A stretch of 64,000 nucleotides of DNA, taken from assembly GCA_045600485.1 (NCBI GenBank), contig JAZRXX010000088.1, positions 20,260 through 84,259 on the forward strand, written 5' to 3'. This document shows, in pieces, positions 48,534 to 58,856 of the stretch. Each line of letters starts with the position of its first letter. Position 1 is the first letter of the stretch. This DNA is from Bacteroidales bacterium. Lineage in GTDB: Bacteria > Bacteroidota > Bacteroidia > Bacteroidales > UBA3663. The notes under the pieces were generated by a model. It ran no database searches. It saw only the letters and a program-made list of their open reading frames with translations, and was not told the origin of the DNA. The translations under genes and the position numbers were made by a program.

Positions 48534-49585
48534 TGGCAGAGGAGTTGTTTGAACATTTCCGGTTCGTGGCCGATAAAGGGCAGGGACAGGTTCGTGTAGA
48601 TAAGTTCCTGGTGGATCGAATCAATGGAACTTCGAGAAACCGCATACAACGCGCAGCCGATGCTGGATTCGTTCTTGTTAATGGAAAGCCGGAGAAGGTA
48701 AGTTACAAGGTCAAACCTTGCGATGTGGTGCAGGTTATGATGGACCGACCACGTCATTCGTCTGAGATTGTTCCCGAGGATATTCCACTTGACATAATCT
48801 ACGAAGACGATGATTTGCTTGTGGTCAACAAGCCAGCTGGAATGGTTGTGCATCCGGGTCATGGAAATTACACCGGTACACTTGTCAATGCTTTGGCTTA
48901 TCATTTGAATCTTGATCTTAATGCAACTTCTAATGCTGACCTTGATGAGAATGACGAGGAAAGCGAAGACTTCAACTACCAAAGCCGATGTGGTCTGGTG
49001 CATCGTATTGACAAAGAGACTTCCGGTTTGCTCGTTATAGCCAAGACCGAGGAGGCTGGGCGTGATTTAGGACTGCAGTTCTACCACAAGACAACGCGAA
49101 GACTTTATACAGCTTTGGTTTGGGGACATGTGGATGCCGACGAAGGCGTCATCGAAGGAAACATCGGGCGCAACCGAAGGGATCGTACCATGATGGATTT
49201 CTATCCAGCAGGAAGCGAAGAAGGCAAGCCTGCCGTAACACATTACCGCGTGTTGCAGCGTCTGGGATATGTCACCTTGGTGGAATGCCGATTGGAGACT
49301 GGACGTACGCATCAGATTCGTGTTCACATGAAGCACATCGGACATACGCTGTTCAACGACAAGACTTATGGTGGTGACAAGATTCTGAAGGGGACAACCT
49401 TCAATAAATATACCCATTTCGTCAATCGCTGTTTCGAGATCTGTCCGCGACAGGCATTGCATGCACGAACACTTGGATTCAAACATCCACGGACGGGAGA
49501 GGAGATGGACTTTGAAGCCCCACTGCCAGCCGATATGTCTCAACTGGTTGGACTTTGGAACGAATACATTTCTCAACGGGAATAA
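48533..49585 (+). CDS. rluD: RluA/RluD-family pseudouridine synthase
   Basis: S4 domain, NKPAGMVVHP, HRIDKETSG, TGRTHQIRVH. Confidence 0.92.
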   Translation: MAEELFEHFRFVADKGQGQVRVDKFLVDRINGTSRNRIQRAADAGFVLVNGKPEKVSYKVKPCDVVQVMMDRPRHSSEIVPEDIPLDIIYEDDDLLVVNKPAGMVVHPGHGNYTGTLVNALAYHLNLDLNATSNADLDENDEESEDFNYQSRCGLVHRIDKETSGLLVIAKTEEAGRDLGLQFYHKTTRRLYTALVWGHVDADEGVIEGNIGRNRRDRTMMDFYPAGSEEGKPAVTHYRVLQRLGYVTLVECRLETGRTHQIRVHMKHIGHTLFNDKTYGGDKILKGTTFNKYTHFVNRCFEICPRQALHARTLGFKHPRTGEEMDFEAPLPADMSQLVGLWNEYISQRE

Positions 49586-49619
49586 CAAGCAAAAAATACA
49601 TTTTTTACGTTCATAGATA

Positions 49620-50648
49620 ATGAAAAAAAGAATTGCTATTGTAGCAGGTGGAGACTCTTCGGAGCATGTAGTCTCGCTACGTAGTGCCCAAGGTATCTGG
49701 AGTTTCTTGAATCACGATAAATATGACGTTTCGGTTATTGTGATGAAAGGACAGGACTGGCACATGGTCGAATACGACGGACAGAACTACAACAACGATA
49801 AGATATGGCCGGTCAATCTGAATGATTTTTCGGTCAATAAAGATGGCGAAATCAAGAAGTTTGACTTTGCATACATCATCATCCATGGTACACCTGGCGA
49901 GAATGGTCTCGTGCAAGGTTATTTTGATTTGATTGGTATGCCATACAGTTGTTGTGGCGTTCTGGCTGCAGCTTTGACCTGTTCGAAGTACTTCTGCAAC
50001 AAATACCTGAGTACTCTTGGTATTCCAGTTGCCAAAAGTATTCTGTTGCATAAGGGGGAGTCTGTTTCGACCGACGAGGCTGTTGCACAGTTGGGCTTGC
50101 CAATGTTCGTGAAGCCAAATGCCGGTGGTTCAAGTTATGCCACAACCAAAGTGAAGGAGGCTGGGCAATTGCAGAAAGCCATCGAGGATGCCATGAATGA
50201 GGCTACAGGAGAGGTGATCATCGAGAGTTTCATGCAGGGAACAGAGATTACCTGTGGTTGTTATACCCATCTGGAGGAGGTTTCTGGTGTCTTGGTTCCT
50301 GAACTTCGAGCACTTCCAATTACCGAAGTTTGTCCGAAGACAGAGTTCTTTGATGTCGATGCCAAGTACAATGGTGCAGTCGAGGAAATTACTCCTGCAC
50401 GTATTTCGGCAGAACTGACAGCGCAAGTGCAGGAGACTACAAAACGTATTTATAAATATGTGGGAGCCAAGGGCATCATCCGTGTGGATTATATCATCAT
50501 CGATGGTGTGCCTCATTTGCTTGAGGTAAACACGACTCCGGGCATGACAGCCACTTCTTTCATCCCGCAAGAGGTTAGAGCTGCTGGTCTGGACATCAGC
50601 GATGTGATGGATGACGTTATCAATGCATCGTTGATGAGTGAAAAGTAA
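49620..50648 (+). CDS. ddl: D-alanine--D-alanine ligase
   Basis: GGDSSEH.VS, IHGTPGENG, KPNAGGSS, EVNTTPGMT. Confidence 0.95.
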   Translation: MKKRIAIVAGGDSSEHVVSLRSAQGIWSFLNHDKYDVSVIVMKGQDWHMVEYDGQNYNNDKIWPVNLNDFSVNKDGEIKKFDFAYIIIHGTPGENGLVQGYFDLIGMPYSCCGVLAAALTCSKYFCNKYLSTLGIPVAKSILLHKGESVSTDEAVAQLGLPMFVKPNAGGSSYATTKVKEAGQLQKAIEDAMNEATGEVIIESFMQGTEITCGCYTHLEEVSGVLVPELRALPITEVCPKTEFFDVDAKYNGAVEEITPARISAELTAQVQETTKRIYKYVGAKGIIRVDYIIIDGVPHLLEVNTTPGMTATSFIPQEVRAAGLDISDVMDDVINASLMSEK

Positions 50649-50720
50649 TGTGTAAAAAGTGAATAATCGGATATCATTTTAGATTATTGGCTTAAAAATC
50701 ATTTTAAGATTATTATTATT

Positions 50721-51878
50721 ATGGAAAACAATCATCCCGAATTTGAAGAGATCCGTGCTTTCTATGACGAAGATGTACCGGAGAAGCTTTGGCCTTTGGT
50801 AGATGAACCTGCTATCGAGCCATTTGTGAAGGCAGTGATGCCGGATATTGATATGGAGATGTTCCGCAAGCTTATCAAATCGATGCATACAATCAAGGAG
50901 TTCCAGACTCAAGTGGTTGCCAAATCTGTGATGGCGATTGCTAACAAGACTACCGACCGACTGGAACTGAAAGGTATGGATCATTTGAAGCCTGGTCATT
51001 CGTCTTTGTTCATTACTAACCATCGTGATATTGTTTTGGACTCGGCTTTCCTCAATACTCTGTTGGCGGTAAATGGCCGGGAAACTGCAGAAATCGCTAT
51101 TGGTGACAATCTGTTTGCTTATCCATGGATTAAGGATCTGGTTCGTTTGAACAAGTCTTTTGTTGTGCTTCGTAGTGTGACTGTTCGCCAGATGCTGGAG
51201 GTTTCGAAGCGCTTGTCTTCCTATATTCATTATACTATTCAGGAGAAGAAGAACTCTGTCTGGATTGCTCAACGCGAAGGCCGTAGCAAGGATAGCAGCG
51301 ACCAGACGCAGGCATCGGTCATCAAGATGTTGGCCATGGGTGGAGAGAGCCGTGATATTATCCAGAATATTCGTCAGTTGAACTTCCAGCCTGTTGCCTT
51401 GAGCTATGAATACGATCCATGTGATTACTTGAAGGCACAGGAGTTCCAATTGAAGCGTGACAATCCTGAATGGAAGAAGAGCAAGCAGGATGATGTCAAT
51501 AGCATGGTGACTGGTATTCAAGGTTACAAGGGAAGAGTTGTCTTCACAATTTGCCCGGAGATTAACGATATCTTCGATACCTATCCATGGATTAATGACC
51601 GAAATGCGCAGGTAACCTGTGTATGCGAAACTGTTGATCGTGTACTCCATTCGAACATGCAGCTCTACCCAATCAATTATGTGGCCTATAATCTGCGTTT
51701 CGATACCGACAAGTATGCCGATCGTTATAATAAAGAGGAGGAGGCTAAGGTACTCGAGTATCTGAATGGTCAGTTGGCCAAGATTCAGATTCCAAACAAG
51801 GACGAGAAGTTCCTCTGGGAGTGTCTCCTGACGATGTATAGCAATCCAGTTGTCAACTACGAGAATGTGAAATTCTAA
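50721..51878 (+). CDS. PlsC-like glycerolipid acyltransferase
   Basis: NHRDIVLD (HX4D), WIAQREGRSKD. Confidence 0.88.
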   Translation: MENNHPEFEEIRAFYDEDVPEKLWPLVDEPAIEPFVKAVMPDIDMEMFRKLIKSMHTIKEFQTQVVAKSVMAIANKTTDRLELKGMDHLKPGHSSLFITNHRDIVLDSAFLNTLLAVNGRETAEIAIGDNLFAYPWIKDLVRLNKSFVVLRSVTVRQMLEVSKRLSSYIHYTIQEKKNSVWIAQREGRSKDSSDQTQASVIKMLAMGGESRDIIQNIRQLNFQPVALSYEYDPCDYLKAQEFQLKRDNPEWKKSKQDDVNSMVTGIQGYKGRVVFTICPEINDIFDTYPWINDRNAQVTCVCETVDRVLHSNMQLYPINYVAYNLRFDTDKYADRYNKEEEAKVLEYLNGQLAKIQIPNKDEKFLWECLLTMYSNPVVNYENVKF

Positions 51879-51933
51879 ATTTTCGTTTTTCATTCTCAAT
51901 TTTACATTCGACATTTTTAACTATTTGCATATA

Positions 51934-52794
51934 ATGGACGAGAAAATTGTAAAAGAACTGATTGAGGAGCTCATCAGCCTCTCATTCAAAGAAGATATCG
52001 GCGACGGCGACCACACTACGCTGTCTTGTATTCCTGCTGATGCTGTTGGCAAGCAGAAGTTATTGATTAAAGAGGAGGGTATTCTTGCCGGTGTAGATAT
52101 TGCACGTCAGGTGTTCAATGCTTTCGATCCATCGCTCCAGATGGAGGTCTTTATCGAAGATGGTGCGCATGTCAAGCCGGGCGATGTCGCTTTCATTGTG
52201 ACAGGCAAGGAGCAGAGCCTGCTGCAGACCGAACGTTTGATGCTGAACATCATGCAGCGTATGTCGGGTATTGCAACCATGACAGCCAAATATCAGCAGG
52301 CACTCATCGATGCTGGCACCAAGACACATGTGCTCGATACCCGCAAGACAACTCCAGGTATGCGTATTCTCGAGAAGATGGCCGTAAAGATTGGTGGTGG
52401 CATGAACCATCGTATTGGTCTCTTCGATATGATTTTGCTCAAGGATAACCATGTTGACTTTGCAGGTGGTATTCACAATGCCGTAACTCGAGCCAAGCAG
52501 TATTGCAAGGAGAAGGGCAAGAATTTGAAGATTGAGTTGGAGGTACGTAACTTCGAAGAACTCGATCAGGCACTCGCTGAGGGTGTGGATCGTATCATGT
52601 TCGACAACTTTACGCCAGCAGATACCCGCAAGGCTGTAGAAATTGTTGCGGGTCGTTGCGAAACAGAATCTTCAGGTGGTATCACTTACGATACAATGAT
52701 TCCTTATGCTCAGGCAGGTGTCGATTTCATCTCCTTTGGTGCATTGACACATTCAGTCAAAGGTCTCGACATGAGTTTCAAGGCTGTCAAGTAA
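51934..52794 (+). CDS. nadC: Nicotinate-nucleotide diphosphorylase (carboxylating)
   Basis: DTRKTTPG, NHRIGLFD, KDNH, SSGGIT. Confidence 0.96.
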   Translation: MDEKIVKELIEELISLSFKEDIGDGDHTTLSCIPADAVGKQKLLIKEEGILAGVDIARQVFNAFDPSLQMEVFIEDGAHVKPGDVAFIVTGKEQSLLQTERLMLNIMQRMSGIATMTAKYQQALIDAGTKTHVLDTRKTTPGMRILEKMAVKIGGGMNHRIGLFDMILLKDNHVDFAGGIHNAVTRAKQYCKEKGKNLKIELEVRNFEELDQALAEGVDRIMFDNFTPADTRKAVEIVAGRCETESSGGITYDTMIPYAQAGVDFISFGALTHSVKGLDMSFKAVK

Positions 52795-52826
52795 ATTGCA
52801 GTCTTATTTGCAAGTTTTTTAATGGC

Positions 52827-52870
52827 AAAACAAACAAAAGAGTCGGTAATCCGGCTCTTTTGTTTGTTTT
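52827..52870. terminator. Intrinsic terminator after nadC
   Basis: AAAACAAACAAAAGAGTCGG-TAAT-CCGGCTCTTTTGTTTGTTTT. Confidence 0.85.
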
Positions 52871-52962
52871 GTTTCATATTCAAAAGTAGTTGTTTCAATT
52901 ATGTTACTTGCATTTATAAATAATCTGTACCTTTGCACCGCAAAACCAAAATCACACACACA

Positions 52963-53991
52963 ATGAAATTGATAACACTACAAACACTCGCATTTGCCTC
53001 TTTGGCCGCATTACTCACTTCCTGTGGCAGCAAGTCTGCCGATGCCGAAAAGACTTTGCCAACTTTTCAGTATCAAGGAAATCCTTTGGTACGTGATGCA
53101 TTCTCTTCCGATCCCGCTCCAATCGTCGTAGGCGATACACTCTATGTGTTCACCGGTCATGACGAATGTTTTGAAGATAGCGTGGGTTACGAAGGAAAGT
53201 ATGGATACAATATCACCAACTGGTTGCTCTATTCGACCACCGATATGAAGACTTGGACCAGTCATGGTGTCTTTATGAGTCCAACGGACTTCCCTTATGG
53301 CATTGGTGAGGCTTGGGCTTCGCAGATGATCGAGAAAGATGGAAAGTTCTATTTCTATGCCAGTTTCCAGGCAGGAGAACCTTATAACAGCAAGGTCGTA
53401 GGTGTGGCTGTGGCTGATCATCCGACAGGTCCTTGCAAAGATGCACTTGGCAAGCCTCTCATTACCGACGATATGACCGATAACGGAGCTCGTGGTTGGT
53501 GGAATGATATCGATCCAACAGCTTTGATTGACCGTGAGGGAACACCATGGCTTTGCTGGGGCAATGGCACTTGTTTTGTTGCTAAGTTGAATCAGGACAT
53601 GATTTCATTGGCAGATACAATCATGACCGTAGATCTGCCTAAGTATGTCGAAGGTCCTTGGCTCTTGGAACAGGGTGGCCATTACTATCTGATTTATGTG
53701 TCGATGGGCGATGGCCGAGAGTCTGTCTCTTATGCTATGGCAGACCAGATGACAGGACCATGGACTCCAATGGGAGAGATTACCGGTGTTGCTGAAAATA
53801 GTTTTACTATCCATCCAGGTATTTGCCAGTTCAAGGGAGAGTGGTATTTCTTCTACCACAACGGAACGCTTCAGCTCGATGGTCATAAGGGCGGCAGTGG
53901 TCGTCGCAGTGTCTGCGTTGATAAGATGCATTTCAATGAAGATGGCACCATCGTTCCTGTAGTTCAGACTGCCAATGGTATATTAGACTAA
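52963..53991 (+). CDS. Glycoside hydrolase family 43 lipoprotein
   Basis: Lipobox LTSC; SDPAP, WASQ, DIDP, EGPW; promoter TACCTTTG at 52928. Confidence 0.9.
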   Translation: MKLITLQTLAFASLAALLTSCGSKSADAEKTLPTFQYQGNPLVRDAFSSDPAPIVVGDTLYVFTGHDECFEDSVGYEGKYGYNITNWLLYSTTDMKTWTSHGVFMSPTDFPYGIGEAWASQMIEKDGKFYFYASFQAGEPYNSKVVGVAVADHPTGPCKDALGKPLITDDMTDNGARGWWNDIDPTALIDREGTPWLCWGNGTCFVAKLNQDMISLADTIMTVDLPKYVEGPWLLEQGGHYYLIYVSMGDGRESVSYAMADQMTGPWTPMGEITGVAENSFTIHPGICQFKGEWYFFYHNGTLQLDGHKGGSGRRSVCVDKMHFNEDGTIVPVVQTANGILD

Positions 53992-54000
53992 ATTATAATA

Positions 54001-56439
54001 ATGAAAAAACTTACTATATTAATGTCGATGTTCCTCTGTGCAGGTGTGGTTATGGCCACCCCTGCTCAGAGGGCACATTTTATTGCGCCTAACATTGTTC
54101 ATGTTCAGGTGAGTGCTGACGGATCTTTTGCCGACAATGAAACAGGGGTTGTTCAATACACACCCCAAAAGTTTAAGGTGAAGAACAAAGAAACTGATAC
54201 AGAATTAAGTTTCAGTACGTCTCAAATGTCTTTCTTCATGGACAAAACTAGCCATATCATCAGTTTTGAAGACAAAGACGAGACTCCCCTGTTTGAACAA
54301 TGCACAACTCGTATCAAGTATGAACCATCGGTTCAGGAGAAGATTATCTACGATGAGTCGTCTGCCCATGTCGAGGAGACAGCCAACGGCAAGGTCACAG
54401 TCAAGGATATCATCCGTCGTGACACCATCGGTCGCAGTACCCGCTACATTGTAACATTTTCCGATGCTGATGATATCGGTTTATATGGACTTGGAGCCCA
54501 CATGGAGGACAACATGAACCTTCTGGGCAAGACGGTTTATCTGACTCAGCACAATCTCAAAGCTTCAGTTCCATTGTTACTCTCTACTGCAGGCTATGGT
54601 TTGCTGTTTGATGCCGGATGTGCCATCAAATTCGAGAGCAAGCCTAACAAGTTAGCATGTGGACACGAATCGGGCTATTGCTACGAAATTACTTTAGAGG
54701 CGGCCAAGACTTTCGATTATTATGTCATCTATGGTCCAAAAATGGAGGATATCATCGAAGGCTACCACCAACTGACCGGTCAGGTTTCAATGATGCCTCG
54801 TTATCTTTTTGGCTATACACAATCCAAAGAACGTTATGTATCTTCCGACGATATTATTCGCACATTGGGTGAATATCGTCGCCGCCATGTCCCTATCGAT
54901 ATGATTGTACAGGACTGGAATTATTGGCCACAGGGTTGGGGCTACATGAAGATGAACCCGAAGTACTATCCATCGCCAAAAGCTTTGGCAGACAGCGTTC
55001 ATGCCATGAATGCCAAGTTGATGATATCCATCTGGCCAAATCCACAATGGTGTCCGGAGGCAGAAGACTTCAAGAAGCAGGGCCTCATGCTCGAACATGA
55101 CATCTACGATGCTTTCCGTCCTGAAGGTCGTGAACTCTATTGGAAATACGCCAACGACGAATTTTTCTCACAAGGCTTCGATGCCTGGTGGTGCGATTCG
55201 AGTGAACCTCTCGATGGTGATTGGAACCGTATTCCTGCCACTACGCCCGAGGGAGAACGATATGGCTGGGATAGTCATGCCTATCGCTATGAACTGAATA
55301 AGAATGTCCTGAGCGAGGCCTTGGGCGCAGAACGAAGCAATCTCTTCTCGCTTTATCATTCGATGGGTATTTATGAGCATCAGCGTGCCACCGATTCTTC
55401 GAAACGAGTTGTTAACTTGACTCGATCGTCGTATGCCGGACAGCAATGTTATGGTACGATTGTCTGGAATGGTGACACTCATGCCTCGTGGGAGTCTTTC
55501 CGTCAGCAGATACCTTCAGGTTTGAACTACATGGCTACTGGCAATCCGTATTGGACCGTTGATGTTGGTTCTTTCTTTACTCGCAACAGTGGTCGTCAAT
55601 GGTTCTACAAAGGTGAATTCCCTCAAGGAGTCAAGGATGATGCTTACAAGGAGTATTATACCCGTATGTTCCAGTGGGGAACTTTCTTGCCAATGCTTCG
55701 CAGTCATGGTAGCGATACTCCACGCGAGATTTGGCGTTTTGGCGAATCTGGCACTCCTTATTATGATGCTATACTGAAGATGATCAATCTGCGCTATGAG
55801 CTGGTTCCTTATCTTTACAGTATGGCAGCTACACAAAGTGGTCTTGTCTCATTTTCGAATGCCCATTCAAAGGGTGGTATGGCCCGTCCATTGGTCTTCG
55901 ATTTTCCTCAGGATAAGGAGGTGCTTGACATGAAAGATCAGTACATGTTCGGAGATTTCCTTGTCTGTCCAGTTACCCACCCTCAGTCAGAAACGAATGT
56001 GCGTCGTGTTTATCTGCCAGCAGGAACTCGTTGGATAGACTATTGGAGTGGACAAGTTCTCGATGGTGGTCAATGGCTCGACGTTACTGTCGATATCTCC
56101 CGTCTTCCACTTTATGTTCGTGCAGGCAGTATTGTACCGACTACCGAGGTTGCTGAATATACTGATGCCCAGGTTGGGTTGCCAGTCACATTCCATGTCT
56201 ATCCTGGCTCCGATGCCGACTTTGTACTCTATGAGGATGAGGGCGACAATTATAATTTCGAACATGGAGCCTATACCACCATTCCTCTTCATTGGAATGA
56301 ACAAGCACAAACCCTCTCTGTCGGTAAGCGAAAGGGTTCGTATTCTGGCATGTTGCCTCGTCGCACATTTGTGGTCAGTACACCCAAGGGTACGAAGAGC
56401 ATCGAATATACGGGAAAGAAGACGCAGGTGTCGTTCTGA
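54001..56439 (+). CDS. Glycoside hydrolase family 31 (alpha-xylosidase-like)
   Basis: IVQDWNYW, WWCDSSEP, WNGD, WTVDVG, RSHG, LYEDEGDNY. Confidence 0.92.
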   Translation: MKKLTILMSMFLCAGVVMATPAQRAHFIAPNIVHVQVSADGSFADNETGVVQYTPQKFKVKNKETDTELSFSTSQMSFFMDKTSHIISFEDKDETPLFEQCTTRIKYEPSVQEKIIYDESSAHVEETANGKVTVKDIIRRDTIGRSTRYIVTFSDADDIGLYGLGAHMEDNMNLLGKTVYLTQHNLKASVPLLLSTAGYGLLFDAGCAIKFESKPNKLACGHESGYCYEITLEAAKTFDYYVIYGPKMEDIIEGYHQLTGQVSMMPRYLFGYTQSKERYVSSDDIIRTLGEYRRRHVPIDMIVQDWNYWPQGWGYMKMNPKYYPSPKALADSVHAMNAKLMISIWPNPQWCPEAEDFKKQGLMLEHDIYDAFRPEGRELYWKYANDEFFSQGFDAWWCDSSEPLDGDWNRIPATTPEGERYGWDSHAYRYELNKNVLSEALGAERSNLFSLYHSMGIYEHQRATDSSKRVVNLTRSSYAGQQCYGTIVWNGDTHASWESFRQQIPSGLNYMATGNPYWTVDVGSFFTRNSGRQWFYKGEFPQGVKDDAYKEYYTRMFQWGTFLPMLRSHGSDTPREIWRFGESGTPYYDAILKMINLRYELVPYLYSMAATQSGLVSFSNAHSKGGMARPLVFDFPQDKEVLDMKDQYMFGDFLVCPVTHPQSETNVRRVYLPAGTRWIDYWSGQVLDGGQWLDVTVDISRLPLYVRAGSIVPTTEVAEYTDAQVGLPVTFHVYPGSDADFVLYEDEGDNYNFEHGAYTTIPLHWNEQAQTLSVGKRKGSYSGMLPRRTFVVSTPKGTKSIEYTGKKTQVSF

Positions 56440-56494
56440 AATCAGGCAACAAACAACTATTGCACGCTCCGTAGAAAGGGCATGAAAAATGATT

Positions 56495-56534
56495 AAAGTC
56501 ACTATGTTTTGCAGCGTGCAAACATAGTGACTTT
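56495..56534. terminator. Bidirectional terminator
   Basis: AAAGTCACTATGTTT..AAACATAGTGACTTT. Confidence 0.8.
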
Positions 56535-56574
56535 TCATTTTTTCTTTTTGAACAACAACTTACACTACAGAGAG

Positions 56575-58824
56575 TCAGATATTCACCTCTGTCTGGAAGT
56601 TGCGTGCAGCTCTGAGCAGGTGACGCAAGGTCGAGATGAGTTCTTGGCTTTCTTGCAGAATGTTCAAATAAACATAGTTGGCACCAAGACTTTCGGATTC
56701 ATCCTGCATTCGGTCAATGAGTCGCTTGCGTGTAAGCGAGAATTGCTCCTTCACGCGATCGCATTCTGCACGTAGAGCATCAGCATCGCGGAAACGACGA
56801 TTCACTAACAATAAGTGGGTCTTGTCGATCAAGAAGATCAGATCGTTGCGCATAGGTCTGAACTCCTCAATGCATTGATTGCTGATAGGTTCGAAGTTAT
56901 TGTCAACATGTTCAAGCGTTGGGTCACACATACGCGACAAACAGTAATGCATCTGCATACAGGAGTTTTCGCCAAGATGGAACCAGGTATTCTTCTCGAT
57001 TGCCAACGAAGGATCAATTTTGCGGAGTCCAATCATCTCACGTCTGCGGTTTATCTTATGCAAAGGCTTTGCCTTGTTGATTTCAGCCGAAGCCTTTCGT
57101 AGCAGACGCAGATTTTCGGTGGCAAAGCCTTCGGTTAGGTGGCAGTAGGTTGTTTTGGCGAAATCAATGCAATTGATCTGATTCTCGACGACGAATGCCG
57201 ACAGAATCCTCCATGCCTCATCTCTGTTTTTGGTGTGAAGAAGTTGCTGCCAGTTGTCCACCTCTTTCTCCTCCTTCTGCTTGCGAAGGAATTGGATATT
57301 GCTGCGAATGAGCAATGTTACAGCCACTACTACCAGCACGAACGCAACAGCCACTCCACCATAATACATGGCTGCTACGACCAGAGCACAAGTCAGGAAA
57401 GCAGCACCTGCTGTGATAAGCCAACCACCAATGACAGACAGTACGCCTGTGATGCGATATACTGCCGATTCCCGTCCCCATGCACGGTCAGCAAGCGAGG
57501 TACCCATAGCTACCATGAAGGTTACATAGGTAGTAGAAAGAGGCAGTTTCAGCGAAGTACCTAAAGCTACAAGAAGTCCAGCCATCACAAGATTGACCGA
57601 GGCGCGAACCATATCGAACGCAGCACCTTCTGGCAATATGACATCGTTACGGTCAAAGCGAGAATTGATCCAACGCTTCACGCCGTGAGGCGTATGGTGG
57701 ACAATCGTTTCGGCCAAAGATGAGGAATTGCGCACCATCCATCGAGCCATGTGCGAGGAACCGAACATCTCATCGCCTTCGTCCTGACGACTCAGATCAA
57801 CCGATGTCTTCACCACATTCTGTGCCTTCTTGCTTGTAGCCAACGACCACACCATGATCACACCTGCAATGACCAGGAAATAGGTTGGGGTGGTGGCAGG
57901 GCCGTTGAGTGAATCCATCAGCAAATTGTGGTCAGGAGCTCCTGCTGCTTGCCAATCGGTAAATGAAGAGAATCCCGCCAGAGGTACGCCAATGAAGTTG
58001 ACCAGATCGTTGCCCGCAAAAGCAGTTGCGAGAGCGAAGGTTCCCATCAAGACGATTATTTTAAACACATTCACACGGAGTGTGTATAATATCTGCATCA
58101 AGATGGAGAAGAAAACAAAGCATCCACAGATTATAAACCAAGTGTTCTCTTTAATAAACGCCTTAGCATCTGCCGTCATGAAGGTCAAATCCTTTATGCC
58201 TTTGATAAGCATGAAATAGACGATAGCTGTGGCACAAAAACCACCGAAGATTCCGATCTTGTACTTCATGTTCTTCTGGAAATTGAAGCTAAATAGCAGA
58301 CGGGTCAAGTATTGTACCAAAGCACCAAATGTGAACGCTATTGCCACACTCACAAAGATGCCGATGATGACCGAGAGTGCCTTCTCTCCATTGATCAAGT
58401 CGGCAAGGACGAGCGTGCCAGTCGTATCGTTGATGAGTTTGAATATGGCCAACATAAATGTACCACCAAGCAATTCGAATACCATCGAAACGGTGGTGGA
58501 TGTTGGCATACCCAACGAATTGAAGATGTCAAGCAGGACGATATCAGTAATCATCACACCAAGGAAGATCCACATCAAGTCTTCGAACAGAAACTGCTCT
58601 GGTCGGAAGATGCCATGACGGGCAATCTCCATCATGCCGTTGCTCATAGCAGCACCACAGAAAACACCAATGGCGGCAATGATGATGACCATACGGAATG
58701 GCGCAGCCTTGGCGCCAATGGCAGAATTGAGAAAGTTTACGGCATCGTTACTCACACCCACCATCAGGTCAAAGACAGCCAGGGCAAAGAGGAAGATGAC
58801 GAAACAGAGATAGATGGTTTCCAT
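56575..58824 (-). CDS. PiT/PHO4-family inorganic phosphate transporter with helical C-terminal domain
   Basis: GVSNDAVN, MPTSTT, AGNDLVN, LPLSTT. Confidence 0.9.
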   Translation of the reverse strand: METIYLCFVIFLFALAVFDLMVGVSNDAVNFLNSAIGAKAAPFRMVIIIAAIGVFCGAAMSNGMMEIARHGIFRPEQFLFEDLMWIFLGVMITDIVLLDIFNSLGMPTSTTVSMVFELLGGTFMLAIFKLINDTTGTLVLADLINGEKALSVIIGIFVSVAIAFTFGALVQYLTRLLFSFNFQKNMKYKIGIFGGFCATAIVYFMLIKGIKDLTFMTADAKAFIKENTWFIICGCFVFFSILMQILYTLRVNVFKIIVLMGTFALATAFAGNDLVNFIGVPLAGFSSFTDWQAAGAPDHNLLMDSLNGPATTPTYFLVIAGVIMVWSLATSKKAQNVVKTSVDLSRQDEGDEMFGSSHMARWMVRNSSSLAETIVHHTPHGVKRWINSRFDRNDVILPEGAAFDMVRASVNLVMAGLLVALGTSLKLPLSTTYVTFMVAMGTSLADRAWGRESAVYRITGVLSVIGGWLITAGAAFLTCALVVAAMYYGGVAVAFVLVVVAVTLLIRSNIQFLRKQKEEKEVDNWQQLLHTKNRDEAWRILSAFVVENQINCIDFAKTTYCHLTEGFATENLRLLRKASAEINKAKPLHKINRRREMIGLRKIDPSLAIEKNTWFHLGENSCMQMHYCLSRMCDPTLEHVDNNFEPISNQCIEEFRPMRNDLIFLIDKTHLLLVNRRFRDADALRAECDRVKEQFSLTRKRLIDRMQDESESLGANYVYLNILQESQELISTLRHLLRAARNFQTEVNI

Positions 58825-58856
58825 ATATAATGTTGTTTTGTTCTTTTGTTGCAAAA